DNA of 64,000 bases, from positions 97,720 to 161,719 of the IMG/VR virus record IMGVR_UViG_3300021197_001931. One strand, 5' to 3'. Of this stretch, positions 19,422-29,762 are shown in pieces. How positions within the stretch are numbered: the first letter of the stretch is position 1; each line of letters begins with the position of its first letter. Made by a program: the position numbers and the translations under genes. This DNA comes from a virus. Under the pieces are notes generated by a model, which was not told the origin of the DNA, made no database searches, and saw nothing but the letters and a program-made list of their open reading frames with translations.

Positions 19422-20804
19422 ATGAAGTTTAATGAGAAGGCCGATTTTAGTCGGTTTGGTAAGTCGTTTCAAGAAAGTTTGTGCCAACTTGTGTTGCAAG
19501 ATAGGCCGTTTGCGGATCAAATCTCTGAGGTCCTTGATTACAGCTTCTTTGAGCTGAAATACCTTCAGACATTCGTAAGAAAGATATTTTCTTATCGTAA
19601 CAAGTATGGGGTTCACCCTTCTAGTAAAATTATGATGACTATTTTGCGTTCTGACCTTGAGAACGAGACTGAGATAGTTCAAAAGCAAATTAGAGATTAT
19701 TTTGCTAGGATTTATGAACAGGAAATCCAAGACTCGGATTATATTAAAGATACCTCTCTAGAATTTTGTAAGAAGCAGAAACTTAAAGAGGCAATGCTTA
19801 AGTCTGTAGAACTGCTACAAAATTCTTCTTTTGAGGAGATTGCTAGTACAATCAACGAGGCCCTTCGTCTGGGGTCAGATAATAATTTTGGTTATGATTA
19901 TTTAAAAGACTTTGAGCAGAGATTCCTTTTTAAGGCACGAAACCCTATTGCTACTGGCTGGAAGGAAATGGATAATATCGTAAAAGATGGCCTTGGAAAG
20001 GGCGAGCTTGGTGTCGTAATCGCCCCTACTGGGGCTGGAAAGTCAATGGCCCTTGTTCATATTGGAGCCCAAGCAGTTAAGGCTGGCAAAACGGTCGTTT
20101 ACTATACTTTGGAGCTTCAAGACACTGTGGTTGGCACTAGATTTGATAGTTGCATAACCGGACTGCCGCTGAATGATCTCAGGCCGTTGAAGGAAGAAGT
20201 GTTTGAGATGGTAAAGGATCTGCCTGGCAAACTTATCATCAAGGAATATCCAACAAGGTCTGCGAGCACAAACACGCTAAAAACACACATTGAAAAGTTG
20301 AAGAATCGAGATATTCATGTAGACATGGTAATTGTAGATTACGCAGACCTTCTTCGACCAGTTAATATCCGAAAAGAAAGAAGGCACGAACTTGAGAATC
20401 TTTATGAAGATTTGCGAGGGATGGCACAAGAGTTTAAATTTTGTGTCTGGACAGCTTCACAAACAAATCGTTCTGGGTTAAACTCGGAAATCATCACAAT
20501 GGAGTCAATATCAGAGGCGTTCAACAAATGCTTTGTTGCAGACTTTATTTTCTCCATCTCTCGCACTATTCAAGACAAGGCAGTGAATGGGGGTAGAGTA
20601 TTTGTTGCTAAAAATAGAAATGGGCCAGATGGGATTGTTTTTCCGATATTCATGGATACATCAAATGTCTGCATTAAAGTTTTGCCTCAATTGGCAGAAG
20701 AAAACTTAAATGGAACAAACGCTCCATCATCAAAGGAACAATCGCAAGTTCTTTACGAAAAGTATAAGAAGTTCAAGAAGGGATCAAATGTAAATGTACA
20801 ATGA
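19422..20804 (+). CDS. dnaB: Replicative DnaB/gp41-like helicase
   Basis: APTGAGKS, YTLE, IVDYADL, WTASQTNR, KNRNG. Confidence 0.9.
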   Translation: MKFNEKADFSRFGKSFQESLCQLVLQDRPFADQISEVLDYSFFELKYLQTFVRKIFSYRNKYGVHPSSKIMMTILRSDLENETEIVQKQIRDYFARIYEQEIQDSDYIKDTSLEFCKKQKLKEAMLKSVELLQNSSFEEIASTINEALRLGSDNNFGYDYLKDFEQRFLFKARNPIATGWKEMDNIVKDGLGKGELGVVIAPTGAGKSMALVHIGAQAVKAGKTVVYYTLELQDTVVGTRFDSCITGLPLNDLRPLKEEVFEMVKDLPGKLIIKEYPTRSASTNTLKTHIEKLKNRDIHVDMVIVDYADLLRPVNIRKERRHELENLYEDLRGMAQEFKFCVWTASQTNRSGLNSEIITMESISEAFNKCFVADFIFSISRTIQDKAVNGGRVFVAKNRNGPDGIVFPIFMDTSNVCIKVLPQLAEENLNGTNAPSSKEQSQVLYEKYKKFKKGSNVNVQ

Positions 20805-23220
20805 AGAAGAAGTAAGAGAGAAAACTCTAGAATATTTTAATGGAGATGAGTTAGCCACTAATGTTTTTATGACAAAGTATTGTCTCAAAAACAAACAAAG
20901 CCAATTTACAGAGCTATCTCCTGACGACATGCACATTCGCATGGCAAAGGAGTTTTCTAGAATTGAAGAAAAATTTGGTGGCCCCTCCGCCCTCTCTTAT
21001 GATAAAATTTATGAACTCTTAAAGGGATTTAATAAAGTGGTTCCGCAAGGGTCGCCAATGATGGGTATTGGAAATAATCATGTTAATGTTTCTCTCTCAA
21101 ATTGTGTCGTGGTGGACAGCCCAGCTGATAACGTTTCTTCCATCATGGATGCTGGTAAGCACCTCGCCAATCTATTTAAACGGCGTTGTGGTGTTGGGCT
21201 TGACCTTTCTAATCTACGGCCACAAGACACTCCTGTCAATAACTCGGCTGGTACGACTACTGGCGCTTGGAGCTTTGCTGATTTCTATTCTTACGTTTGT
21301 CGTATGATTGGCCAGAATGGTCGCCGTGGAGCACTGATGATTAGTCTTGACGTGCGCCATCCTGATGTTTTTGAATTTATTAAAATGAAGCATGACCTTG
21401 CAAAGGTCACTGGGGCAAATGTATCTGTTCGCATTACTGACGACTTTATGAGGGCGGTGATGGAGGATGGTAATTACCACCTTCATTTCCCAGTGGGTTC
21501 GCCTAATCCAACATATACTACGATTGTTAAGGCAAAAGAGGTGTGGCAAGAAATTGTTGAGTCTGCAACAAAAACAGCAGAACCGGGTATCCTAATGTGG
21601 GACAACATAACAAAAAACCTACCAGCAGAAGCCTATGCTGACCAGGGCTTTAAAACCTTGACAACTAATCCGTGCGGAGAGATCCCTCTCTCGGCCTACG
21701 ATAGTTGCCGCCTTATTTCTGTAAATCTAAAAAACTTTGTAAGGGACCGATGGACGGACCACGCTACATTTGATTTTAAAGAATTTGCATCTATTGTCAG
21801 AAGTGCAATGAGATTGTCAGACGACCTTGTTGAACTAGAAATTGAAAAACTTAATAACATTTTAAACAAAGCTGACACACAAGATGAGAAAGATCTTTGG
21901 ACGAATCTGCTAAATGCATGCCAGAACGGTCGTCGCACGGGATTGGGTACTCACGGGCTTGCTGACGCTATTGCCAACTTGGGCTTTGCTTATGATTCAC
22001 CAGAGGCATTAGAGATCATTGATAAGATATATGAAACTTTAAAGATTAATGCTTACGGCGAAAGTGTGAATCTCTCTAAAGAAAGGGGCTCTTTCCCAAT
22101 TTTTGACTGGGATACAGAAAAGGATAATAATTTCATTTCCTCTCTCCCCGCCGAACTAAGAGAAGCTATTAAAGAATTTGGACGGAGAAATATTTCTATT
22201 TTGACCAATGCTCCTACTGGCAGTGTGTCAATCATGTCCCAAACAAGCTCCGGACTAGAGCCAGTATTTAGAAACTCTTATACTCGACGTCGAAAGCTCT
22301 CTCACAATGATACAAACGAGGTTGCCGACTTTGTTGATGAATTGGGAGATGGCTGGAAAGAATTTAAAGTGTTTCACCATAACGTAGCAGAATATTTAGC
22401 TGAGTTTGGACTATCTGACATCGATGTACCACCTTTCTTCACTGAGAGTGATGGAATTGATTGGCAACAGAGAGTAAATATCCAAGCAGTTATTCAGCGC
22501 CATATTGACCACTCGATTAGCTCCACTATTAATCTTCCAAAGGGAACTTCTCCTGATGTTGTTGCCGAGCTATATTTGGAGGGGTGGCGCCGTGGCTTAA
22601 AAGGAGTTACAGTTTATGTAGATGGTTCTCGCTCTGGCGTACTCGTTACTGAAACAGATGCAAAGCAAGAGGACTTTCCTCAACACAGCGCTCCTAAGAG
22701 GCCCAAAGAGCTTCCTTGTGATATTCACCACACAACTATCGGTGGCGAAAAATGGGTATTCCTAGTAGGGCTTTGGGAGGGAAAGCCGTATGAAGTTATG
22801 GGTGGATTGGCAAACTTGATTGAAATCCCAAGGAAATACAAGACTGGAACACTTGTCAAACATCCACGAAAAACAATGAATTCTGTATATGATTTGAAAT
22901 TTGGGGCAGACGAAGATGAAGTATTGATTAAAAATGTTGTAAAGGTTTTTGATAACCCTAACAATTCAATCTTCACTAGAATGATCTCACTATCGCTAAG
23001 ACACGGAGCAAAAATTAACTATGTTGTGGAGCAGCTTCAAAAAAATAGAGAAAGTGATATGTTTAGTTTTTCTAGATGTATTGCTCGTACTCTCAAGAAT
23101 TATATCAAGGATGGAGAACGGGCTTCTGAAAAGACTTGCCCCTCGTGTGGCTCCGAAGGATTGATCTATGTGGAGGGTTGTGCAACTTGCACCAGTTGCG
23201 GATATGCAAAATGTGGTTAA
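20794..23220 (+). CDS. nrdJ: Class II (adenosylcobalamin) ribonucleotide reductase
   Basis: SLSNC, GRRGA, TNPCGEIPL, APTGS, SSGLEP, LKG.TVY; C-terminal Zn ribbon; no beta subunit adjacent. Confidence 0.9.
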   Translation: MYNEEEVREKTLEYFNGDELATNVFMTKYCLKNKQSQFTELSPDDMHIRMAKEFSRIEEKFGGPSALSYDKIYELLKGFNKVVPQGSPMMGIGNNHVNVSLSNCVVVDSPADNVSSIMDAGKHLANLFKRRCGVGLDLSNLRPQDTPVNNSAGTTTGAWSFADFYSYVCRMIGQNGRRGALMISLDVRHPDVFEFIKMKHDLAKVTGANVSVRITDDFMRAVMEDGNYHLHFPVGSPNPTYTTIVKAKEVWQEIVESATKTAEPGILMWDNITKNLPAEAYADQGFKTLTTNPCGEIPLSAYDSCRLISVNLKNFVRDRWTDHATFDFKEFASIVRSAMRLSDDLVELEIEKLNNILNKADTQDEKDLWTNLLNACQNGRRTGLGTHGLADAIANLGFAYDSPEALEIIDKIYETLKINAYGESVNLSKERGSFPIFDWDTEKDNNFISSLPAELREAIKEFGRRNISILTNAPTGSVSIMSQTSSGLEPVFRNSYTRRRKLSHNDTNEVADFVDELGDGWKEFKVFHHNVAEYLAEFGLSDIDVPPFFTESDGIDWQQRVNIQAVIQRHIDHSISSTINLPKGTSPDVVAELYLEGWRRGLKGVTVYVDGSRSGVLVTETDAKQEDFPQHSAPKRPKELPCDIHHTTIGGEKWVFLVGLWEGKPYEVMGGLANLIEIPRKYKTGTLVKHPRKTMNSVYDLKFGADEDEVLIKNVVKVFDNPNNSIFTRMISLSLRHGAKINYVVEQLQKNRESDMFSFSRCIARTLKNYIKDGERASEKTCPSCGSEGLIYVEGCATCTSCGYAKCG

Positions 23221-23243
23221 GTTAGGCTAATCAATTTGCTATA

Positions 23244-23483
23244 ATGCGAGAGGAGAAGCAAATGAGATTTAATCACTTATTACCACGTCATCTTTCCGAG
23301 GGCCATTGCCCCGGAACAAAAAAAGTACATAGATGGAAGCCGGTGTCCATTACTGCCACGCAGGGGGACTATATGAGTGTCAGCTTTGTGTGCAGTAATT
23401 GCAAAGAAAGAGCTGCCAATTTTATAACCTGTGAGCAATATAAGATGCATGCAGAAAAACTAGAAAAGGAGTGTGAATTATAA
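23244..23483 (+). CDS. Small Cys-containing hypothetical protein
   Basis: CP..H..CSNC, possible Zn ligands. Confidence 0.5.
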   Translation: MREEKQMRFNHLLPRHLSEGHCPGTKKVHRWKPVSITATQGDYMSVSFVCSNCKERAANFITCEQYKMHAEKLEKECEL

Positions 23484-23764
23484 TGTTAGAGCCAAGAAAT
23501 CGTCATATTGTTGTTATTCCAAAAGAGGAACAAAACCAAGAGGAGGAGAGGGCAGTATTGTTACCTGAAAATTACCGTAAGCCACAGTCCGAACACACTG
23601 TTGTGTCCGTTGTTTCAGCAGCCCCTGATGTGTCCCAATTAGTAATGGCTGGCGATACTGTTGTTGTTGATAGGTCAATGCTAAAAGAGATCTCACTTGA
23701 CGGATCAACATACCATTTAATCCTAGAAAATTATATTCTTGGAATTGTTCAAGCAGAGGTATAA
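23483..23764 (+). CDS. groES: Co-chaperonin GroES-like
   Basis: LEPRNRHIVV, VVSVV, GDTVV, YHLILENYILG. Confidence 0.7.
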   Translation: MLEPRNRHIVVIPKEEQNQEEERAVLLPENYRKPQSEHTVVSVVSAAPDVSQLVMAGDTVVVDRSMLKEISLDGSTYHLILENYILGIVQAEV

Positions 23765-23925
23765 TGGCAAAGACAATTAAAGAACTAGCCGACTCAATCA
23801 GTAAGCGTGCAGTTATGTTGAGTGAGCCAAATAGGACTAGAAAGTCCCTTTGGCATCATAAAAATATGATTAAGCTAGAGATAAAAAAAATACAAGAAAT
23901 TATTAGTGCTACGGAGGATCAATGA
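23764..23925 (+). CDS. 53 aa hypothetical protein (below the ORF-track cutoff)
   Basis: MAKTIKELADSISKR..; RBS GAGGT; overlaps both neighbours at stop/start. Confidence 0.5.
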   Translation: MAKTIKELADSISKRAVMLSEPNRTRKSLWHHKNMIKLEIKKIQEIISATEDQ

Positions 23926-24644
23926 GTAAGAGTATTGAGCTTTTTGGTGATGGCATCGGAAAGGTTGAGTACGTTCAACATATGGGCGAGGACATCACAG
24001 TTGTTAATTCAGCAAGAGTTTCTTTTGGAAAACAAAAAGAATTTGTCGATGATAAAGATAAGAAGCTAATTAAGTATCTTATTAGGCACCGCCACACCTC
24101 AACTTTGGAGCATAACAGTGTCACTTTCCGTTTTTGCGTTCCTTTATTTATTCGTAGTCAGCACCACCGTCATCGCACTTGGTCGTATAATGAAATCTCC
24201 AGGCGATACACTGATGTCAACCTCAGCTTTTATGAACCATTGGCTTTCAGGACACAGCATAAGTCAAATCGACAAGCATCGAACGCAGAAGAACTAGTCG
24301 ATCCAGATATTTACCATTCTCACCCAGAGATGACTCATCCGGTAAAATCCTCTGCCTCAACCTTGGTGAAAAAGCATCACAAAGATGCTTTGGATTTGTT
24401 TGATAGCCTCCTTGCGTCTGGAGTTTGCCGAGAGCAAGCACGAGGGGTTTTGCCACAAAATCTATATACCGAATACTACGGCACGGTTAATCTTAGTAAT
24501 CTTTTAAAATTTATTGATTTACGAACTCACGACGGGGCACAGTGGGAAATACAACAGGTCGCTAAAGCGTGTCTGGAAATCGCCACTGACTTATGGCCAA
24601 TTACGGTGGGTGCATACAGAGAAATAAGGCATGCAGAGGATTAG
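23922..24644 (+). CDS. thyX: Flavin-dependent thymidylate synthase
   Basis: ARVSF, H.STLEH, RHRTWSYNEISRRY, EQARGVLP, AQWEI. Confidence 0.95.
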   Translation: MSKSIELFGDGIGKVEYVQHMGEDITVVNSARVSFGKQKEFVDDKDKKLIKYLIRHRHTSTLEHNSVTFRFCVPLFIRSQHHRHRTWSYNEISRRYTDVNLSFYEPLAFRTQHKSNRQASNAEELVDPDIYHSHPEMTHPVKSSASTLVKKHHKDALDLFDSLLASGVCREQARGVLPQNLYTEYYGTVNLSNLLKFIDLRTHDGAQWEIQQVAKACLEIATDLWPITVGAYREIRHAED

Positions 24645-25467
24645 GGATCATCTATATAAATTTGATGATTTGGTATTAGGCGGGACACTTCCTGCATTCC
24701 TGTATGCATATTGCAATAGCTTGCCGGTCCTATACGTTGATAAAAAAATTCCTCTTAGATTCGAAGTATCTAATAATAACATTTTTGACAACGTTGACAA
24801 GGTAGGCCTATGGAATAGGCTTGGGGCTTTCTTGTCTCTGGCTGGGCTGCTTCCCTTTTCTGATAAGCTAACTGGCTTTAGGATACTTGAAAAAAACTAT
24901 GCAGAAGCGTATACAGATTCTAGAAAGATAAAAATCTCATTTAATCGTCTTTTAATTTTTGATGAAGATAAAATACAGGGACTAGAATCGCCTGTATTTA
25001 AGGCAAAGAGAGAATATAAAGTTTATGATTGGCTGATTACAAGGGGAATGTCTAGGCACCAGACAGAGTTACTAGAGTCGGGTGACAACTTTGTTAAGCA
25101 GGTACTTTTCTACCCCTCAGAGAGAAAGGGCACGCAAAAGACAACTAGAGATATGGTTGCGGTGTCTTACTTAACAGAGGAGCAGATAAACGATTTGGAT
25201 TATTCAGAGAATTATGCTAGATTAAAAGCAAAGAACATGATGAAAGAGGCTGGCCTTCGTGGCTATTCAAATGGTTTTAGTAAAATAAAGCAGGCGACTC
25301 AGTATTATGCGATTGTATTAGAACACGACCGAAGAGAAGTAAAAACTGTAGGTAGGGACATTTATAAAAATACTGATACAATCCTTCACAATGTCTGCAA
25401 AGAAGAGGAGATAAACATTGAGTATGTAAGCTCCCAATTGCAAACAATTAATAGACGGCTATGTTAA
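24631..25467 (+). CDS. Hypothetical protein with Rossmann-like N-terminus
   Basis: FDDLVLGG.L.A..YA beta-alpha start. Confidence 0.45.
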   Translation: MQRIRDHLYKFDDLVLGGTLPAFLYAYCNSLPVLYVDKKIPLRFEVSNNNIFDNVDKVGLWNRLGAFLSLAGLLPFSDKLTGFRILEKNYAEAYTDSRKIKISFNRLLIFDEDKIQGLESPVFKAKREYKVYDWLITRGMSRHQTELLESGDNFVKQVLFYPSERKGTQKTTRDMVAVSYLTEEQINDLDYSENYARLKAKNMMKEAGLRGYSNGFSKIKQATQYYAIVLEHDRREVKTVGRDIYKNTDTILHNVCKEEEINIEYVSSQLQTINRRLC

Positions 25468-26333
25468 AAAATGGCCACCAACATCCAAACTTATTTCATT
25501 TAGCTGGGATTGTGCCTGTGGCATCCCAAAAAATGGATTTTGGAATGGATTGGTCTGATTGCCTTATGCCAATTGCACCAGACTTTACGGCTGTTGAGAA
25601 CGCTGTTCTAGAGTGTGCATGGGCTGGGTGCGAAACAATATGGATAATCTGCAATGATGACGTTTCTCCCCTGATAAGGTATCGAATAGGCGACTTTTTG
25701 ATGGATCCGGTCTATTTTAACAGATTTGATGTTCATCCTAGTGAAAATAAAAGAAGAATACCGGTTTTTTACGTTCCTATTCACAATAGAGACAGAGGAA
25801 GAAGAGATTGTTTGGCATGGAGCGTTATTCATGGAGCAGCTAGGTGTTTTTCTGTTTGTTCTAGATTAAGCAGTCAATTATCGCCGAGAAAATACTATGT
25901 ATCGTTTCCACATGGAATCTATAGGGCAGATTTTCTAAGATCGCATAGAAAATCAATATCATCACCCAAACCATTCTTTTTGGCTCACCAAGGAAACACA
26001 ATCAGGACGGGAGCCCAGCTTGGGTTCACTTTTGATGCTGATGACTGGAAAATATTTAGAGATGTGCTGAGACTTCGAAGAGACGATCTTATTAAAGCAG
26101 AGTTGTTGGAAAAAAAGAATGCTGCCTCCCAATTCACTCTTGACATGGTATTTAAAAACGGTAGAATTGAAGACGCCTTAGAAGCAGAAGTTCCTTGGTA
26201 CTATCCCATAGATTCTTGGGATATGTACTGCTCTTTTTTGGGATCAAAAGATAGAAAAGAGCTTGCACGACCAGGGCCACATATATTAAAATACAGAGAA
26301 TACAACCGGATTGGATACGAACCAGATGACTAA
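25461..26333 (+). CDS. Nucleotidyltransferase (GT-A/NTP_transferase)-like protein, divergent
   Basis: AGIVPVA..LMPIA....AVE.AV.ECA.AGCETIWII resembles sugar-phosphate nucleotidyltransferase N-termini. Confidence 0.5.
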   Translation: MLKNGHQHPNLFHLAGIVPVASQKMDFGMDWSDCLMPIAPDFTAVENAVLECAWAGCETIWIICNDDVSPLIRYRIGDFLMDPVYFNRFDVHPSENKRRIPVFYVPIHNRDRGRRDCLAWSVIHGAARCFSVCSRLSSQLSPRKYYVSFPHGIYRADFLRSHRKSISSPKPFFLAHQGNTIRTGAQLGFTFDADDWKIFRDVLRLRRDDLIKAELLEKKNAASQFTLDMVFKNGRIEDALEAEVPWYYPIDSWDMYCSFLGSKDRKELARPGPHILKYREYNRIGYEPDD

Positions 26334-29300
26334 CAGAGCCGAACCAGGGATTCCTTTTGTTGGCCTGCACGCACACAGTGTTGCAGGTTCAATTTTTGAT
26401 GGCCTAGGCTATCCTGATGAACATATGGAATTTGCTTATAAAAATGGAATGGATGCGCTAGCCCTTACAGACCATGGGAACATGAATGGCCTTTCTCATC
26501 AAGTTCTTCATGCAAAGAAGATGATGGAGGAGGGTAAAGACTTTAAGCCCATCTTTGGAATGGAGGCTTATTTTATTCCTTCAATCAGCGAATGGCGTGT
26601 AGAGTATGAGAGAGTGAAAGCTGAGAAGAAGACTAAGAAGAGTGACAGCGAAGTGTCTGGAGCGACCGTTGAGGATGAAGCTGCCTCCAAACGTGCCGTC
26701 AAGAGTGTCCTCAATCGTCGTCGCCATCTCGTGTTGTTGGCGCAAAACCAGAAAGGGTTGGAGAATCTATTTCTTCTCGTTTCAAACAGCTACAAGCCTG
26801 AAAACTTTTATCGCTATCCTCGTGTCGATTACGACCTACTAAACAAATATTCGGAGGGAATTATCGCTGCATCAGCGTGTCTTGGTGGCGTGTATGCTGG
26901 AAACTATTGGGCAAACCGAGATGAGGGCGAGGAGGCTGTCCTCAGCGCTATGCGCGAGACAACAAAGAAGATGGTCTCTATTTTTGGTGATCGTTGGTAT
27001 GGAGAGCTTCAATGGAACAATGTACCAGAACAACATGACCTAAACCAGTATATCATTAAGATGCATGAAGAGTTTGACATCCCCCTTATTTCAACGGCAG
27101 ATAGTCACTACCCCAACAGGGACGCCTGGAAAGACCGTGAGCTTTACAAGCGATTGGGCTGGCTAGGAAAGGGCCGACCGGAGTGGGCTTCTGATGGAGA
27201 GCTTCCCTTGAGCGTTGAAGAGATTGGATACGAACTATATCCCAAGAATGGCGATGAGATGTGGGAATCTTATAAGAAATATTCTAATCAAGTAGACGTT
27301 CAATATGATGATGATCTTGTGCGCAATTCAATTGTTGAGACATTTTTCATTGCTCACTCTCGCATCGATCGTTTTATGCCTGATACAACGGTCAGGCTGC
27401 CAGACTTTGTGGTTCCCGAAGACATATCAGAAGCCCAAGCAATACGCAAGATGTGCTTTGAGGGGCTACGTCGCCTTGGAAAGCAGGACGATGAGGAGTA
27501 CACTAGTCGCCTGAACATTGAGCTTGACGTTATTGACGACAGAGGATTCAGTAAATATTTCCTTACAATGAAGGCCATTGCTGATCGAGCTAACGAAAGC
27601 ATGCTTACAGGACCAGGCAGAGGTTCAGCTGCTGGGTCTTTGGTAGCTTATGCTCTAAATATAACTCAAGTTGACCCCCTCAAGTATGGGCTTCTCTTCT
27701 CTCGTTTCCTGCGCTCTGATGCCAAGGATTATCCTGATATTGATTATGATGTGGCTGAGCCAATGGCTCTTAAGGAAAAACTTGTGGAGGAGTGGGGAGA
27801 CACAACTGTAGTTCCTATTAGTAATTGGAATACCCTACAGCTTCGAAGTCTTGTTAAAGATATTAGTAAGCTTTACGAGATCCCTTTTACAGAAGTGAAT
27901 AAGGTCACGGGCAAGATGCTCTCTGAAGCAACCCCGCTTGCCAAGAAAGACCATGGAATTACAGCGGGTGTTTACAGTCCAACTTTTGAGGAAGTGAAGA
28001 AATACAGCAAAACACTTCAAGATTTTCTAACACAATACCCCAAAGTGGCCAGTCATATTGATGTGTTGTATGGCCAGGTTAGAAGTTGCAGCAGGCACGC
28101 TGGTGGTGTTGTAATTGCTGATAACCTAGATAGATACATGCCACTCATTAACAGCAAAGGAGTCCGACAGACTCCCTGGTCAGAGGGGCAGAATGTGCGC
28201 CACTTGGAGCCAATGGGCTTTATTAAGTTTGATATTCTAGGCCTATCGACACTAAGAATGATTGAGGGGGCCATTACACATATTCTAAAGCGTCACAAGG
28301 GAGTCAAAGAGCCTACCTTTGATGATGTGAAGGAATTTTATGATAAGCATTTGCACCCTGACACTATTGATTTAAACAATCAAGACGTATATAAGAATAT
28401 TTTTCACAAAGGAATGTGGGCAGGAGTCTTTCAATTTACAGAGGAGGGAGCACAAGACTTTTGTCAGAGAGCGCAGCCGACTAGTATTATCGACCTAGCT
28501 GCAATCACTTCCATTTATAGACCTGGCCCCTTGAGTGCTGGAGTAGACAAGTCATATGTCAAGGCAAAGGAAAACCCAAGAGATATCAGCTACATACATC
28601 CAATTGTGAAAGAACATACTAAAGAAACTTATGGGTTTCTAATCTTTCAAGAGCAGATTGCAATGCTTGCACACAAGCTTGGCAAGGATGTATCTCTCGA
28701 TGAAGGCAACCTACTAAGGAAAGTGCTTACCAAGAAAGGCACGGGCAAGGGAGCAAGGGCCAAGAAGAAGATTTATGATAAGTTCATTGCTGGCTGCGAA
28801 GAGAAGGGGATTAAGACCCATCTAGCAACGGAGCTTTGGCAGACCTTTGAATATTTCTCTGGCTATGGCTTTAACAAGTCGCACGCTGTTTCATATTGCT
28901 TCCTATCATATCAGTGTGCGTGGCTTCTAAATTATTATCCTGCAGAGTGGGTTGCAGCGTTTCTAGATAAGGAGCCTGAGACAAGGAAAGAGAAGGCTAT
29001 TAATATTGCCAAGAGCATTCACTTTGAAATTGAAGGCCTTAATATTAATACATCTGGAAAGGTCTGGGAGATCTCAGAGGACGGCAAAACATTGATCCAA
29101 CCTCTATCTTCTTGTAAGGGAATCGGAGATGCGGCTATAGAGCAAATCATAGGCAACAGGCCATATCAAGTTATCGAAGACTTTATCTTTAATGAAGACA
29201 TTGTATATTCAAAAGTAAACAAGAGGGTTATAGATATTTTGATTCGGTCGGGTACTCTTGACGGACTAATTGATGACAGATTCACAGGAGCAAAACACTT

Positions 29301-29760
29301 CTGGTCTGCCGTAGCTGTTGATCGCCCACGTAACCAGAAGAAGCTTGATGAGAATATTGAGACATATTATCCGGAGGGCGACTTCAACGATGAAGAAAAA
29401 ATTGAATATCTTGTAAGTTTAACTGGCGTATTTCCTATGGAACGTGTTATAACTGGTGAGGTTCTTAGGAAACTACAAGAGCTTCGTATTCCCCCACTTG
29501 GAGAATACGACCCAGACCTTCTAATTTCGTGGTTTATTCCTCGCAAGATTATTCCAAAGAAAACCAAGAAGGGTAAGGATTACTGGATTGTTGAATGTAT
29601 CGATGACACAAGCACAACCACTAGGGTTAGATGCTGGGGTGTTGACCCCAAGAGAGATAAGATACATCTAAATCATCCTTACATGGCCAAGCTTGACTAT
29701 AGTCCCGATTGGGGTTTCTCGACAAGGGCGGTTGGTAGAACTTTTAAGATGTTGGGGTAG
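26326..29760 (+). CDS. dnaE: DNA polymerase III alpha subunit (family C)
   Basis: PHP motifs HAHS, ALTDHG, DSHY; GRGSAAGSLVAY; PDIDYD; KFDILGL; YGFNKSHA. Confidence 0.96.
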   Translation: MTNRAEPGIPFVGLHAHSVAGSIFDGLGYPDEHMEFAYKNGMDALALTDHGNMNGLSHQVLHAKKMMEEGKDFKPIFGMEAYFIPSISEWRVEYERVKAEKKTKKSDSEVSGATVEDEAASKRAVKSVLNRRRHLVLLAQNQKGLENLFLLVSNSYKPENFYRYPRVDYDLLNKYSEGIIAASACLGGVYAGNYWANRDEGEEAVLSAMRETTKKMVSIFGDRWYGELQWNNVPEQHDLNQYIIKMHEEFDIPLISTADSHYPNRDAWKDRELYKRLGWLGKGRPEWASDGELPLSVEEIGYELYPKNGDEMWESYKKYSNQVDVQYDDDLVRNSIVETFFIAHSRIDRFMPDTTVRLPDFVVPEDISEAQAIRKMCFEGLRRLGKQDDEEYTSRLNIELDVIDDRGFSKYFLTMKAIADRANESMLTGPGRGSAAGSLVAYALNITQVDPLKYGLLFSRFLRSDAKDYPDIDYDVAEPMALKEKLVEEWGDTTVVPISNWNTLQLRSLVKDISKLYEIPFTEVNKVTGKMLSEATPLAKKDHGITAGVYSPTFEEVKKYSKTLQDFLTQYPKVASHIDVLYGQVRSCSRHAGGVVIADNLDRYMPLINSKGVRQTPWSEGQNVRHLEPMGFIKFDILGLSTLRMIEGAITHILKRHKGVKEPTFDDVKEFYDKHLHPDTIDLNNQDVYKNIFHKGMWAGVFQFTEEGAQDFCQRAQPTSIIDLAAITSIYRPGPLSAGVDKSYVKAKENPRDISYIHPIVKEHTKETYGFLIFQEQIAMLAHKLGKDVSLDEGNLLRKVLTKKGTGKGARAKKKIYDKFIAGCEEKGIKTHLATELWQTFEYFSGYGFNKSHAVSYCFLSYQCAWLLNYYPAEWVAAFLDKEPETRKEKAINIAKSIHFEIEGLNINTSGKVWEISEDGKTLIQPLSSCKGIGDAAIEQIIGNRPYQVIEDFIFNEDIVYSKVNKRVIDILIRSGTLDGLIDDRFTGAKHFWSAVAVDRPRNQKKLDENIETYYPEGDFNDEEKIEYLVSLTGVFPMERVITGEVLRKLQELRIPPLGEYDPDLLISWFIPRKIIPKKTKKGKDYWIVECIDDTSTTTRVRCWGVDPKRDKIHLNHPYMAKLDYSPDWGFSTRAVGRTFKMLG

Positions 29761-29762
29761 CA

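Noticed and set aside
20794-29760. Inteins or introns in nrdJ and dnaE
   Set aside because: Both ORFs are continuous and of normal length, with no intein splice or LAGLIDADG motifs noticed
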